A stretch of 62,916 nt of DNA, filler included, from Choristocarpus tenellus KU-1152 (lineage: Eukaryota > Protista > Phaeophyceae): assembly GCA_964200185.2 (NCBI GenBank). It is 12 parts of 12 records of this genome, joined end to end, with 100 filler letters (N's around TTAATTAATTAA, not from the genome) between each part and the next. Parts side by side here need not be neighbours in the genome. Positions count along the whole stretch, not along the records: positions 1 to 8,052 come from CAXNAD020005221.1; positions 8,153 to 12,373 come from CAXNAD020015618.1; 10 more parts are not named here. One strand, 5' to 3'. Below are positions 1 through 12,118 of the stretch, one piece after another. Position 1 is the stretch's first letter. Each line of letters starts with the position of its first letter. The position numbers and the translations under genes were made by a program. The notes under the pieces are model-generated. The model searched no databases. It was given only the letters and a program-made list of their open reading frames with translations, and was not told the origin of the DNA.

Positions 1-59
1 CGGTGGGGGGGCGGGGGGGCCGAGCGGGGGGGGGCGGGGGGGGGCGGGGGGGGGGGCGG

Positions 60-93
<34 letters not shown>

Positions 94-1590
94 GTGTAAC
101 AGGTGACAGGAGGGGTGGTTCAATTCCCCATATTGCCGTGGTAGCAGCAGATGGGGTTGCGATTTACAAGAAGGTGAAGCATGTGATTCAAGGGTTTGGA
201 GTGAGAGGTCAGGCGTGTTGGGTATTAGGGCATGGAGTATCCCGGTGGGTGTGTCACACAAACCTTATTCCAAAGCCAATCATGCCTCTGCTAACACTCT
301 TCATACCACAGTTTTAAAATGAGTACTATCTTGACATGCATATACTGCTCCACACCCACATCATCAGTCCGTTTCACCTGAGTCTACACAAGCAAACCTA
401 TAAATCAACTTTGAAATTTAGACCTCGTCAATCTCGAATTTAGTGCACTCTCCCAACAGTTTGCCAAAAATGTGCATTAACCTACACTGTATTTAACTAT
501 TACGTATATATATATATATCATCAATCATTGCAGTTGTGCATGAGGATAGAAGTTACCCACATTCTGTACCTACATACTCATGGATTCCTGTTCATTTCC
601 TGACTCATCAACTACCAAACCTTACAGCACAAACTGAGCATGACCCTAACTTCAGGAAAGGTACGACAAAAGGAGGAACCTGTTGCAAAAAACATCACAA
701 CAAGCAGCCCCAAACTATCATTCACAGGAGATATAGTTCATAAAACCATTGGCTACATTCAACTAAATGAGCAACAAACACCTATCAAGATCAAATCTTT
801 CTTTCATTTGCTCAGGTTGCTCAAAGAACTCTGCATGCTCATTCTCTCTTCCACCCAAAGCAAGTTCCAAATACACTCCCCATCTCCCCTACAAAACCTA
901 GAGGTATATATATGCGCTCCGAACAATACATACTGAGTTGCAGTGCATGACAAAATAAAATAAAATCAGTGGAAAGTAAGCACTACAGTTAGAATCTGAA
1001 CAATTACAATTAGTATCAAACACCAAGGGTATTGGACATGTCCCCATATACCCCAGTTAACAAGAGGAGAATGAAAATGTGCTGCAACTATACAAAATAT
1101 CCTAAATCAAGGTAAAACCACCACACCCCAACAATAGAGTGCAAAACACTAAGCGACCAAAAAAAATTAAACAAGCTAGTCTCGACAATGCCAGGACTTC
1201 ATAAGATACTTAAGGGATGAAAAACCCAACTCAACCAAGCACCTTGTAACCACCTTGCTTACCAATCATTGTTAAGGTATCCGCGTGGACAGTATCCCAA
1301 AATCATCCTCACCACCCTAGTTTCCACTCTTCCCTCTTTGCCCTCCATTACCCAATATTTTGTACTACCCATCTAGACCCCTCCTTCCCCAATTCCCCAT
1401 TGTCAAGTATTGAGACACTACTATTCTCCACCGGGCAAATCACCAATGCCCCCCCCACCCCACCCCACCCCACCCCATCTCCCCCAAAGAACCCCTGTCC
1501 CAACCCAAACAAACATACGCCACACACGTGCCATCACCACTAGTCACAGTAATGATCACAATCATAGCAGCGACCATACTCTCATCTTGC

Positions 1591-4500
1591 CTTGGGTAGG
1601 TAAAGGCTCAAGGTGGTCAAGCAGATGCGAGCACGGGCAGGCATGGACTGGGCAAACAGCTTGTGGTCAAGAAAAACAAAAAAGCTCTGGTCAAACAGCG
1701 CATTGAAGTTCTCCACAAAGTTCATCGCCACATACCTATCCGGGACATTGGAATCAGGGAGGGGAAGGGTTCCAGTACACGGAGCAGCTTGACTTGGTGC
1801 TAATCACAACACAAAGAAAAAACGAAGAATATCTTTAGTGAGTGTGTTTCTGACGCAGGACAAAGGGAAAGGGTGCTATCAGACCATTCCTGTACAGTAG
1901 AATAATCTGTTTTGCCAATAACTTACTTCATTAGAACACAATAAATAAATACTGACATACTGACACACTCTGGAAGTAGGTACAAACCAAACAAACTCAT
2001 AGACGTAGATAAACTTGTATACACCACATAGGGCATAGCGTACACAAACTAACATAGGTGGTCTGAGTTTGAGCTCTTATCAATTATCAAATGAGCAGAA
2101 ACATCCAATCCAACGCAAAAATAATATTCGATCGCTTTTCGTTGTCTTTTTAGCACGTATCATATCCAGAGGGAAAACAAACCAACAACAACACCATCAA
2201 ATCTCTCCTACATCACCCACAAAAGGGATAACACAAATTAAATATTCTAGTAGCGTACAAAGACAATGTACTCTCCTTTTCAAACATTTGACCACCCCCT
2301 CGTCCTCACCCCACCCCCCACAAACACATGTAACGCACACCCTCCCCCAACATCAAAAATCTTGGTCTACCCCACTATTCTAACAAAACAAAAGCCTCCA
2401 TGACAAACCCAAACTCCCCACCCAACCAGTCAGACCAGTCACAATAGGATTATCACACCAATCGACAAGTACTCTTGCCACTGCTGACAACTCACAACCA
2501 AAAGCTGTCATGCTTCGCCAGTTGCCTAGTAAAACTGCAGAAGGACAAGCCATTGTCATTACCACCTCCCCTACTGATGCCCCTGCCAACACCAATGACT
2601 TTCTCCTTTCGGGCCTCACTCCTGCTTGCCCCCTCCCCCCTCCCCCCTCCCCCTTGCCCGTCCTCAGAGTTTGGTGTTGAAGGCGACAAGCGAGGTCCTG
2701 TCAACAATAACGAGGTTGCATTATCCTCCTCAAGATTCAATTGCGACAACATAGAACCCTGCGCCGTGTATTCCGCATGCTCAACCTCACTGACCTCTCC
2801 CCCCTCCCCCAACCCCTTCTTTCCCCCGGCCTCCACTCGGGCCTGCTGCTGATCCAGGCGCTTGAGATCAAGGTGAGTACCTGTCCACCAGAATCCAATG
2901 CCAGAAACAAGGGCGGCACAGATACAAAAGACCTGGAAGGCTCGAAGGTTTTCTGGCTCTCCTCTTCCAACATCACTGCCAGCTCCGATGTCAATGTAGA
3001 AGTAGTACGAGGCCGCACCTGCCAAGCCCCCTGCCATCCCAAAGAGACTGCCGACACTGCTCGATTTTTTTTGCGATAAATATATGAAAAGATTGTGGTC
3101 AAAAGCGGTCAAAGTAACATACACACAGGCACATGCACCACAGAGACATGCATAGCCCCATAATTGTGTGACACAGAGTGAGACCATAAATAGATACACA
3201 CACAAACAGAACATTTGGGGGGGAGGGGGAGAGAAGGCAATGCTTAGGACCTGGGTGTATCAAGTTAATGCTACACGAGGAGTTGGGAAATAAACAGTAC
3301 ATACTTGGCACATACAGTAACGTAACACAGGCATGCTCCAAACAAGTAGGTTGCTGTGAATGTTAGAGGGCTAAGGTCAACACAGCACTGCTGAGGAAAA
3401 CTCAGTATCACAACCTGACAGCAAGGCAACCACACAACACAAAAGACGGTGCTGTAAACATGGAGTGTTACTTGCTAGTATATCCCCTCTACCAAATACT
3501 TGTAAAGTTCAAAGAGATTTGTTTAGCCTTTCCTTGCAAACTCGCCATTGCATCCAGTTACTAACTTGAAGTATACAGAGTTCATGCATTCACTCCAGCT
3601 GCCCTCCCCCTACACAATAATCAGGGCTCACAATGCAACTCTCACCCTCTGTAATACATCAGCATCCTACCCCCACTATTCCTCCTTCTGCCCCTGCAGC
3701 CTTCATTGAAAGCCGAAAACATCTGAATACCAATGTAGTTCAATAACACTGTGCATGGTTACTAATGAAATATAACAGATGCAAGTACCAATGACCCTCT
3801 CAAAAGAAAACTGCTCTCACTTAGTAAAAGTTGTTCATTTTGCTCAGTCCATCTCTCTTTACATAAACTCCTTCAACAAGCCCATATCTTATCTTATCCA
3901 CAGAACTATTCTTCCACATCTCTTTCGACACTATTTTTCATCACTTAACCTGCAAATTCCTACTGGCACTAGTGATACATTGTGATTGCTACACAAAGGT
4001 GAAGTTTCTACAGTGCACATAAGTATGGAACATGCACTATCTCACTTGTTGTAATTGATGCGCGTTGTGTTATCAGCTGTGAGGTCAGCAAGAAGGGCGC
4101 AGTGCACCAACAGGACCTTTCACCCAATTCAAAAAGAATACGTGTGTGGCAGACATAGTGGGGGGATGGAGAGGGAAGAAATTAAGGTTCATATGTGTAC
4201 ATCTATATACATGAGTGTGCTAGTTCTGCGTTAAAAAGGAAGAGGGAAAAGGTCTTAACAAGTTGTGGGGGGGCTGGGCACACATAGATCAGATATAGTG
4301 TGCATGGAGTGTTGGGTATGAGTGGTAAAGGGGTGGGGATTGAACATGTAAGGCAAGCGGATATTGAGGGGTATAGTCACAGTGCTGACAACATAAGTCA
4401 AACAACTTGTTACACAAAAAAGGAGTGAACAATGCTATGATAAAAGTCAGCCCTAAACAACGCAACATATTTTCAAACGCTCCCCAAAACGGTACATCAT

Positions 4501-6358
4501 TGGCAAGTTCTAGAACAACGAAGAGATCACAGTAAGCACTCTAGTGACAGAAGGTTGCTAAATGTAACCAACACTTTCGAAAAGGTCAGTTGCTTGTTTG
4601 TCCCGCAGCAAGTCAACTGCATAAACAAAGCATGGCAATATCAACAAGAGACAGATAGGAAAAAAGTAACTAATGAAGGAGAGGGATAATCAGTGCCAAC
4701 AGATGTTCCGCTGACTCTATGAGACAAGTTTTTGGTGGCATGAGTGGTCTGAACAACTTTAATTTTTACTCTGCTTTTTAGTCAATAAAAGGAGCATTGT
4801 TTCCCAAGTCTTTAATGCACGCCAGCACATGCTAGAGATCCACCTCACTGCGCATCTGCGAACTCTGTAACACAATGAAGTATAGGACTATTCCTGGAAA
4901 GAAGGGACTTACACAAACACAAAAAGGAATAGTACAACTGGGACAAGCCCAGCAGGGAAGGACACATTCATCAACTGAGCGTCTTTCTTGGAGCAGCACA
5001 GTAACAAGAAATTGAGGTCCAGACAAATGGTAGCCACAAGGAGCGGGAACAGCATCATAGGTGGAATTCATGAAAGGGCCTCGACTGCAGGAGTAAACAT
5101 GATGTTCTTTGCTTTCCTTTCATTTTGTCTGTTATAAACAGTGCTACTAATGTGAGAACAGTAACATCAGCAGCTCTAACAGAGCTCATTTAAGCACTAC
5201 TAGAAGAGTGGAACAGAACAGTTGAACCCAGCGAGTCGAAAACACATCGTTGTATTTCGACCAATTTACACCAAAAGCTCGACATACACTTCAAAACCCT
5301 CTCTCTCTATCTCTCTCTCAAATGCACACAATTTAAAGCTCGAAAAAACTCACATAGGTGAGAAAGGAATCGAAAGCACAGATGCTAAAGCAGAAGTGAG
5401 CGCCCCCAACCCAAGATCCAGGCTCCTGGGTCCAAGGCCACCAAGGAATGAGGAAAGCGAGGCACCATAATGGACCCCCGTATTTTATGGCCGGCAGTCT
5501 TCGAGTTAGAGATCATGTCGTTGATCAGGAAGGAATTCGTAATTGTAGTCAGGAAAAGGATTGGATCAGAACAATGCAGAAGTAGTACTCTAGTTAAGGA
5601 TAGCCATAGAGATGTTGATATGCTGGCCGTTCTCGGATTCGAAAAGGGTGGCCTGAACCTTGCACTGGACAAAACACATCTTCAGGGATACCTTGCAATG
5701 AATCGTCAAAAGTGTTTGAGTTATGTCATACGGATTTGGGACAAGTCTGCAGGGGTGGTCATCTTCGAACCTCTCACGACTAACTTTGCATGTTGCTTTG
5801 TGGGCATACAGGTTTTTCTTGATCAAATTCCAAATGTGTGCCATCCTACGCACCTTCGGTCAGCACCCTGCAGTGTAGTGTTGTCTATGAGCCAGGCGAA
5901 GGCCGGATCGTTCACAGCATTCCATACGGCGAACACCACATGGCTAATGAAGAAGTGGGTCGTGTCTATCTGGAGTGCGAGAGTCAACGTCCACGGCACC
6001 GAGTAGAAGAAAAAGTTGTCAGTTCCTAGACCCGAGACGGGGAGATGAAATAGTAAATATTGCAATACCTAATATCAACACTCGGGTTGCTGCGGCCTGA
6101 AGATATTTCAAAGTTTCCAGGGAAACTGAGTGTAGATCTGAAAAACAGGGACGATGAGCCACTCCTCCAATTATTTTAATCGTAACCTTCCTTATAATAT
6201 ATGACTATAGTGGGTAGACTGGGCTCTAATCGCACCTTGTACACACTGGTGAAGATGTCGGTATTGTAAAGACCGAAGAGAGTGATGAGTACGGAGGCTG
6301 AGAAACTGGTGGTCCCGAAAGCCACGCTATTAGGCGTCAACACTGGTAACCAAGACAT
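1591..6358 (-). CDS. MFSD13A/TMEM180-like MFS transporter, 5' six exons (6358-6236, 5969-5854, 5498-5354, 4116-4046, ~3056-2496, 1735-1591); 3' end not found before the contig edge
   Basis: Exons join in consistent phase at AG acceptors and GT donors, with a GC donor after exon 6. Peptides: MSWLPVL..SVYK / IDTTHFFISHVVFAVWNAVNDPAFAWL / LPAIKYGGPLWCLAFLIPWWPW..FDSFLTY / VLLVHCALLADLTADNTTRINYN / ..FTRQLAKHDSFWL / YVAMNFVENFNALFDQSFFVFLDHKLF. WNAVNDP and HCALLADL resemble TMEM180-family motifs. Confidence 0.85.
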
Positions 6359-6524
6359 AAGATTAGCAGACGTTCAGTCTCCGAACTGGCAAACTAACCT
6401 ACGGAAATATGTTGTTGGGAACATGCACAACCTTCTGTCAAAGACACGAAATGGTTGTGCAAGACATATCAATTGAAAATGTGAAGATTTGTCTACATAA
6501 CCCCTTCCACATGAATATTCTGGT

Positions 6525-6562
6525 TTTGAAATTTGATATTTGATATTTTGATATTTTGATAT
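6525..6562. repeat. Short tandem repeat (TTTGATAT-like, 4-5 copies) upstream of the MFS gene
   Basis: ttttgaaatttgatatttgatattttgatattttgatatt. Confidence 0.7.
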
Positions 6563-6964
6563 TCTTACTGATTGATATAGTTCTAATACATCGTACGTAA
6601 ATTATTGTCGCATATCGGTCCGACTCGATCGAATCAAGGTGTAATCGAAACCGAGACCTTGGGATGAAGTAGTTATATTTCTTCGTTGAATTGTTTTATG
6701 AATTGATTGAAGACCAACTCCTATAAGCGCGTTTTGTTTCGCCGTTTGGTTTTCCTCTTGGTTGAAAAACTGAATGGGAAAAAGAGAACTGGAAAAATGT
6801 GATTGAAGCAAGTTACCCTACAAATTTCATTTTGATTGTACACCACTCCACCGTAACGTCTAACCCTCGAAAGTCAATACCGATACAAGATTATTGGAAC
6901 ACTGAATCATGGCTTATGAGGATACGGTCACGGGCATAGGCTTCGAGCTGAATGCTGCGGTGTC

Positions 6965-7681
6965 ATGGGTACTGAAGAGACTGGAGAACACGTGTGGTTC
7001 AAAGATGACGGCTGCTCATTTGAAGTCATTCAAGCGGTTCCCATCGCCTATGCAACGAGGTTCGTGAAGGAATGCCGAAGCACATTTTTACGGAATTCGA
7101 GACATGCCTTGGCAACGCAAGCATACATTGAAATAGCGGTCCCTGGGCTCTTAAAATGGTTAGGAGAGGAAGCCCCAGACTTGACCCCCCCGTCTCTTAC
7201 GAAGGAAGTGTTGGTGCAGACAACCTTGAGAACCAAGAAGAAGACCATTCCGAGACATTCCTAAGTGCGAAAACTTCGATATGGTCCAGGTGGACTAAGG
7301 CGCAAAACATTGTCATCAACGTGTACATCCCCCTCTTGCTGACGTGAGTATGACATTAGATGTTGCTTGAGCTCCTGGTGTATTGTATTTCACTTTCGTA
7401 GGTTACACATCTGAAATCCATTATCACAACGCTCAATGGGGAGTATCTTAACATACACACATCCAACACTTTTCTTGCTTCCCGGTCTTATTCCCGGAGG
7501 AAAGTTGCGATCTGGGGAGCAGGAAACGGACTGCCTGCAGAAGATGTGCGACCAGTTGTGGGAGGAACAGGAGAAATCGAGGGTTACTGGAAGTACCATC
7601 GACCTTGTTGGAGGGGGGGAGGACGAAGGCGAATCTCCAGCGGCAACTGAGGCTAAAGTGGTGGGATCTGTTAAAACATAG
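6965..7681 (+). CDS. Possible divergently transcribed hypothetical gene or decayed ORF (segments 6965-7264 and ~7500-7681)
   Basis: Protein-like composition and CpG-rich, head-to-head with the MFS gene. No recognisable motif and no clean splice model. Confidence 0.25.
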
Positions 7682-7978
7682 GCTACTCATCTGTTCGTTC
7701 CTTAATACAATACAGTTCCACCAGTCAACACCGACTGTTGATTGGTCTGTTACGTTCTGGACGTTAATTTCACTAGTTCATCATCACCACATCAATTACA
7801 ATCAGAACACCTTAGTATAGAACAGTCGCTCTGCGTTCCACACAAAAATAATAGTATAGTATAGTATACGTCACTTGAGTTGCATCACATATTGGTTCAA
7901 GTTTGTTCACTTGTTCTCTTGTTTGTTTTTCTTTCACTTTTTCTTCTTATCAGAAGATGACAGTTGTATGTTGGTGGT

Positions 7979-8052
7979 TGTGGAAAGCATATTTGTATGT
8001 TATTATACAGTTATTTCCGTATGTCATATACCGTTATACCGTGGTACCGATT
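7979..8052 (+). mobile_element. 5' fragment of LTR family A (TGTGGAAAGCAT...), cut by contig end
   Basis: Matches the start of the LTR at 48905 and the reverse copy ending at 36533. Confidence 0.75.
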
Positions 8053-8152
8053 NNNNNNNNNNNNNNNNNNNNNNNNNNNNNNNNNNNNNNNNNNNNTTAA
8101 TTAATTAANNNNNNNNNNNNNNNNNNNNNNNNNNNNNNNNNNNNNNNNNNNN
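8053..8152. other. Artificial contig linker; identical linkers at 12374-12473, 16190-16289, 24284-24383, 31406-31505, 38852-38951, 42706-42805, 45412-45511, 49289-49388, 55794-55893, 59585-59684
   Basis: 44 N + TTAATTAATTAA (stops in all six frames) + 44 N, repeated identically. Confidence 0.99.
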
Positions 8153-9286
8153 GGGGCGGGGTGGGGGGGGGGCGGGGCGGGGTGGGGGGGGGGGGGGGGG
8201 GGGGGGTGGGTGGGGGGGGGGGGGGGGGGGTGTTGCTTCCTGCGGTTGGCGTGTCAGCTCAACAGGTTAGTGCTGCGTACAGGCGGCATCAGGCGGCGGC
8301 AGCGGTGGGTTCATGTCTTGTGACCTCATCTGTTCGTAGGGAGGGCAAGGTGAGAAGGATGTGGTTATTTTGTTGGGGGTGGAGGTTGGTGAGACGGAGG
8401 TGAAGGAAGATGTTGTAGGTTTATGGAGTAGGATGGTACTGATATCAGTTGGTGTGTGGTAGGGTGTTTGCTTATGGTGTTCTAGGGAGGAGTGTTTTGG
8501 TGGTGACGGAGTGGTATTGCTTAGGTGAAGGGTAGTGATGGGGCAGCAACAGGCAGGTTTCCCAGCAGGCAGGTGTGTTACAATGCTCAAAATTTGGTAA
8601 GGTGGTTGATTGCACTGGCTGATATTCTTGTTGTGATAGTAACCTGCACTGAATCATTAGTTTGGAGGGCTGCCTGGACGTACCATCAGCCTATGCCCTA
8701 AGCTCACTGTTGCGCAGAACTGACTTGACGGATAGATCTGTCAACCTAGCTTGATCTGGGTGCCCTCTCGATGCATGGCTGCTGGCGTTGTTGCTACCGC
8801 TTTTGTCACCACTACCACTAAAAATAAGACTGATGCTATCACTTCTGGCAGCATCCCTCCTGCTGCTCATTGCAAGTCAGTAGGCTGTGCCCGATGTTTA
8901 TCTTGTCTGGGTTAAGGGTGTTACAGGGTTAAGGATGTGATGTGTTCACTGAACTTTGTGGTGTTGATAGAGAGAGGTGAAGAGCAAGAAGAGAGTGGAG
9001 TGTGAATATGTGAATGGGTATTGAAGAACTACTACACAAGTCACAAATCGCAAATCCCAAATCGGATGTCAACTTAGCTACCCAAGCACCAAACACAACA
9101 ATGTAATAAAGTTAATTTTTTAATTGTCTAATATAGTAAATATAGAATATAAAATATCAATATATATATTAAAATAGAAAGCAACCTATTATTATACGAT
9201 ATATGTAGTACTTAGTACTTACAGTAGTAATCTAGGATTCAAGATAAAATATAAATGTATAGTGATTGGTGAATGGGGATGTATGG

Positions 9287-9531
9287 ACATGACATAGCTA
9301 CAACCCGAGTGAAAAAAATATCACCTGGCCAGCCACGGATAAAATTTTCTCATCATGGTTGAGTCCATAGCTGTCACTACTTCAACATGGCCGAGACTGC
9401 TGGCTGATTGAGAACAATTTTGAATATGACTGAGTCCATGACCATCAACTGATTCAACATGATGGGGTTGTGGACCAGACCGTGACTATTTGGCTGGCAG
9501 TGGACATGCTATCTGCCCAGCCTGGTGAAAT
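9287..9531 (+). repeat. Dispersed repeat copy 1 (~240 bp)
   Basis: Collinear with 10938-11191: caacccgagtg..aaaaatat..cctggccag ... gactgagtcca ... gtggacc ... ggacatgcta ... gcctggtgaaa. Confidence 0.75.
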
Positions 9532-10937
9532 AATGCCTTGATATTTTAAAAAGCATAGTTATCCAACCTTAGCAAGTTTGACATGTGAAAAATGAAAATC
9601 ATTACTGTACCTGAAAACAAAAACCCCCTTTTAAACAGAAAAATAAGTATGACCTGAAGGTTCCACTTCGCACCTTTTTTTGGGAGGGATGAATCAAGTG
9701 TATAGATGTGAAGGTTGACTGGTCGGTTGTATCAGATTAACATCCTCTTTTGGAACACAATTTGAGACTGAAGGCAAGACAATGCATGACTTCTGATTCG
9801 TGAAGAGTATACTGAAACCCCATGAATTTGTATAGTGGACCATTTTTTTTTTCCTCGTATTTAAAACAATGTAATATGTAGTAGTGTACTTTACGATTAA
9901 CCATAGCCCTGAAGAAGACCTGTGGTAAGAACAGTTCCATAGTACCAAGAACAAGAATGGAACATAGGAGTATGCGACACGAGTTGCACCCTCCCCCCTT
10001 TTCTCACCCTTGTTTGTCACAACACATCCTTCTGTCATTGTTGCACACGGGGCTTCACCCTGTGGAGGAGGATGTGACGTATGATCCGCAAGGACCAACC
10101 CAGATAACCCCCCGCCCATACGCGTACACTGTGGAAGAAACTTTCCACCTGTTTTGAACGGCGCAAACTCTGTTCTTGGCAATAGTATTGGGAGGTTTGA
10201 TTTATTTGATTGGTTTAAAGAAGAAAATGTAGAAGTGTGCCTGTTCCACTGAATGTCACACATGTACCTACCTCAGCATTTCAAAATCACACTTGGTTTA
10301 CAGGCTACTTTATTGGAATTGAGTAGTAAAGTGGAAGAAGGACTAAACTGAGATCTGGCTTGGTCCTTTCAAAACATACCTTGCCCGACCTGGACCGTAG
10401 CCTGGTACTGCAGAAATTTCCAGGGGTTTTCACTGGGCCAGAAAATTAAAAAAGTCTGGTCCACTCACTGGACCGGTCCCACAATTGTTTAACATGTCCC
10501 AGCCATGCCCACTAGGTATTGAACTGTTTCATGTCTGCCAGTTGAACTGCGTCCAACATCCTCTGACATGTCCAGACTATATCCACAGTATATTATACCG
10601 GTCCATGTCCACTGGCCAGTCAGTCTATTGTTTTTCCTTGCATGTCCGGACCTTGTCTACTTTGTGCTCTACAAGTCCATCCGTCAATCTCGTTTAATCT
10701 TTCCATGCAAACATTAAAAATATGCGAAAGATGTTGTAGGTTAAGTTGCCACACAAACGTATCATAAGTCATCATCTTTGCCCCCCAATACATATTGTAT
10801 TTAATTCACAAATTTTATCCTTCAAATAGTAGAACAGGAAATGATACAGAAATATCACTGTGTATAATACATTTGTATTTAGAGCACTCACAGTAGCAGT
10901 ATAGGATACAAGGTTGAAGTAGAGTGAATTAGGGAGG

Positions 10938-11191
10938 CATGGCCATGACGTGGCCAACCCGAGTGTAAAAAAAATATTGCCTGGCCAGTCATAGGCAAAA
11001 TGTTCTAACATGGCTGAGGTCTATGGCCATCACTTACTCAACATGACCATGGTCACTGCCTGGTCATGTACAACCAAGTCGAAACACGACTGAGTCCAAT
11101 GGTCATCAACCATTTTAACATAGCCGGGCAGTGGACCGATCTGTGGCCATATGACCAACAGGGGACATGCTAACTGTGTGGCCTGGTGAAA
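10938..11191 (+). repeat. Dispersed repeat copy 2 (~250 bp)
   Basis: Diverged direct copy of 9287-9531. Confidence 0.75.
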
Positions 11192-11820
11192 AGCCGTGAA
11201 AATTCCTCTTCCGTTTTTTTTAATGAGCTGGTTTGTGGCCTGTCCCGGTTACATCTACGCAGCATGGTGTAAGGCCCTGATGTTTTGGCATAAAGTTCAT
11301 AGATGACAGTTTCACATTTTGCCCTCGAAATAGTTTTTTAGTTTATTTTGATCTCTTGGAAAACAGTCACAATGTTGTTGTACTGCAAACCGAAATCAGG
11401 TGGCTATTTTTTTTGCTGAGCTTGATGAACAGAATGTATATAATTTTACACGTATCAAGTTCTTTTTTTCTCAATTTTTAAAAGTTTGAATGAGCGGTAT
11501 TCAGAATTTTCTGTGTTTTTGTTGTTTAAATTAATGTAGGCCAATAAAACCCTGGCCGATTCATGACATTTCGTGTCACACAAGTGCATTGGAACTTTAT
11601 ATTGTTTGACACACGACTAGATTGTTTTGGTTGCATATAAGTATGTATAAAAATTGTTGAATCTTCCTTTATGTTCATTGTGTTGATTTTGTATTTTCAG
11701 TAGTTATACCACTGCCTGTCCACTTGTGTGTGTGTGTGTGTTTGTTTCTGTTACAAACCTTTTAAAACTAACCCTACAATGTATCATGTTACTTCTCGTT
11801 GTTGCTCTTCATTGCATACA

Positions 11821-11932
11821 TCTTATCTACTCCTCAATGCAAACCTCTTATCTACTCCTCAATGCAAACCTCTTATCTCTCTTCAATGCAAACCCCTATC
11901 TACTCGTCAATGCAAACCTCTTACCTACTCTT
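11821..11932 (+). repeat. ~25-bp minisatellite (TCTTATCTACTCCTCAATGCAAACC, ~4.4 copies) directly before the PFK-2 start codon
   Basis: Visible tandem units ending a few nt before the ATG at 11938. Confidence 0.9.
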
Positions 11933-11937
11933 TAATC

Positions 11938-12118
11938 ATGCCACGAACAAAGCTTCTGGTGGCCATGGTGGGGTTGCCTGCCCGTGGCAAGACCTTCCTG
12001 GCACGTGCCATCGCTCGGCACCTGAAATGGACTGGTCTGCGCTGTGGCATGTTTAGTGTTGTCGATCATCGTCGGAAGCATGTGGGCTTGTGTCAGCCTC
12101 ATGAATACTTTGGTCCTG
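11938..12118 (+). CDS. 6-phosphofructo-2-kinase/fructose-2,6-bisphosphatase family protein, exon 1 (rest off-contig)
   Basis: MPRTKLLVAMVGLPARGKTFLARAIARHLKWTG..FSVVDHRR contains the 6PF2K P-loop (MVGLPARGKT). Followed by donor G|GTGAGT. Confidence 0.88.

Noticed and set aside
3-317. Gly-rich and Pro-rich ORFs at 3, 8161, 39409 and 51407-51869
   Set aside because: Translations of poly-G/poly-C tracts at contig ends or in introns, possibly with sequencing error.
5470-6006. 178-aa plus-strand ORF and similar long ORFs (20335, 22333, 56387, 61677-62763)
   Set aside because: Antisense or off-frame shadows of real exons.
8097-8108. Recurrent TTAATTAATTAA palindrome as a biological repeat
   Set aside because: Always embedded in exactly 44+44 N; it is a concatenation linker.
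8472-8870. Minus-strand frame interrupted by one TAG, as a possible readthrough or alternative genetic code
   Set aside because: NSRP1 ends at a normal TAG; a C>T-decayed remnant is the simpler explanation.
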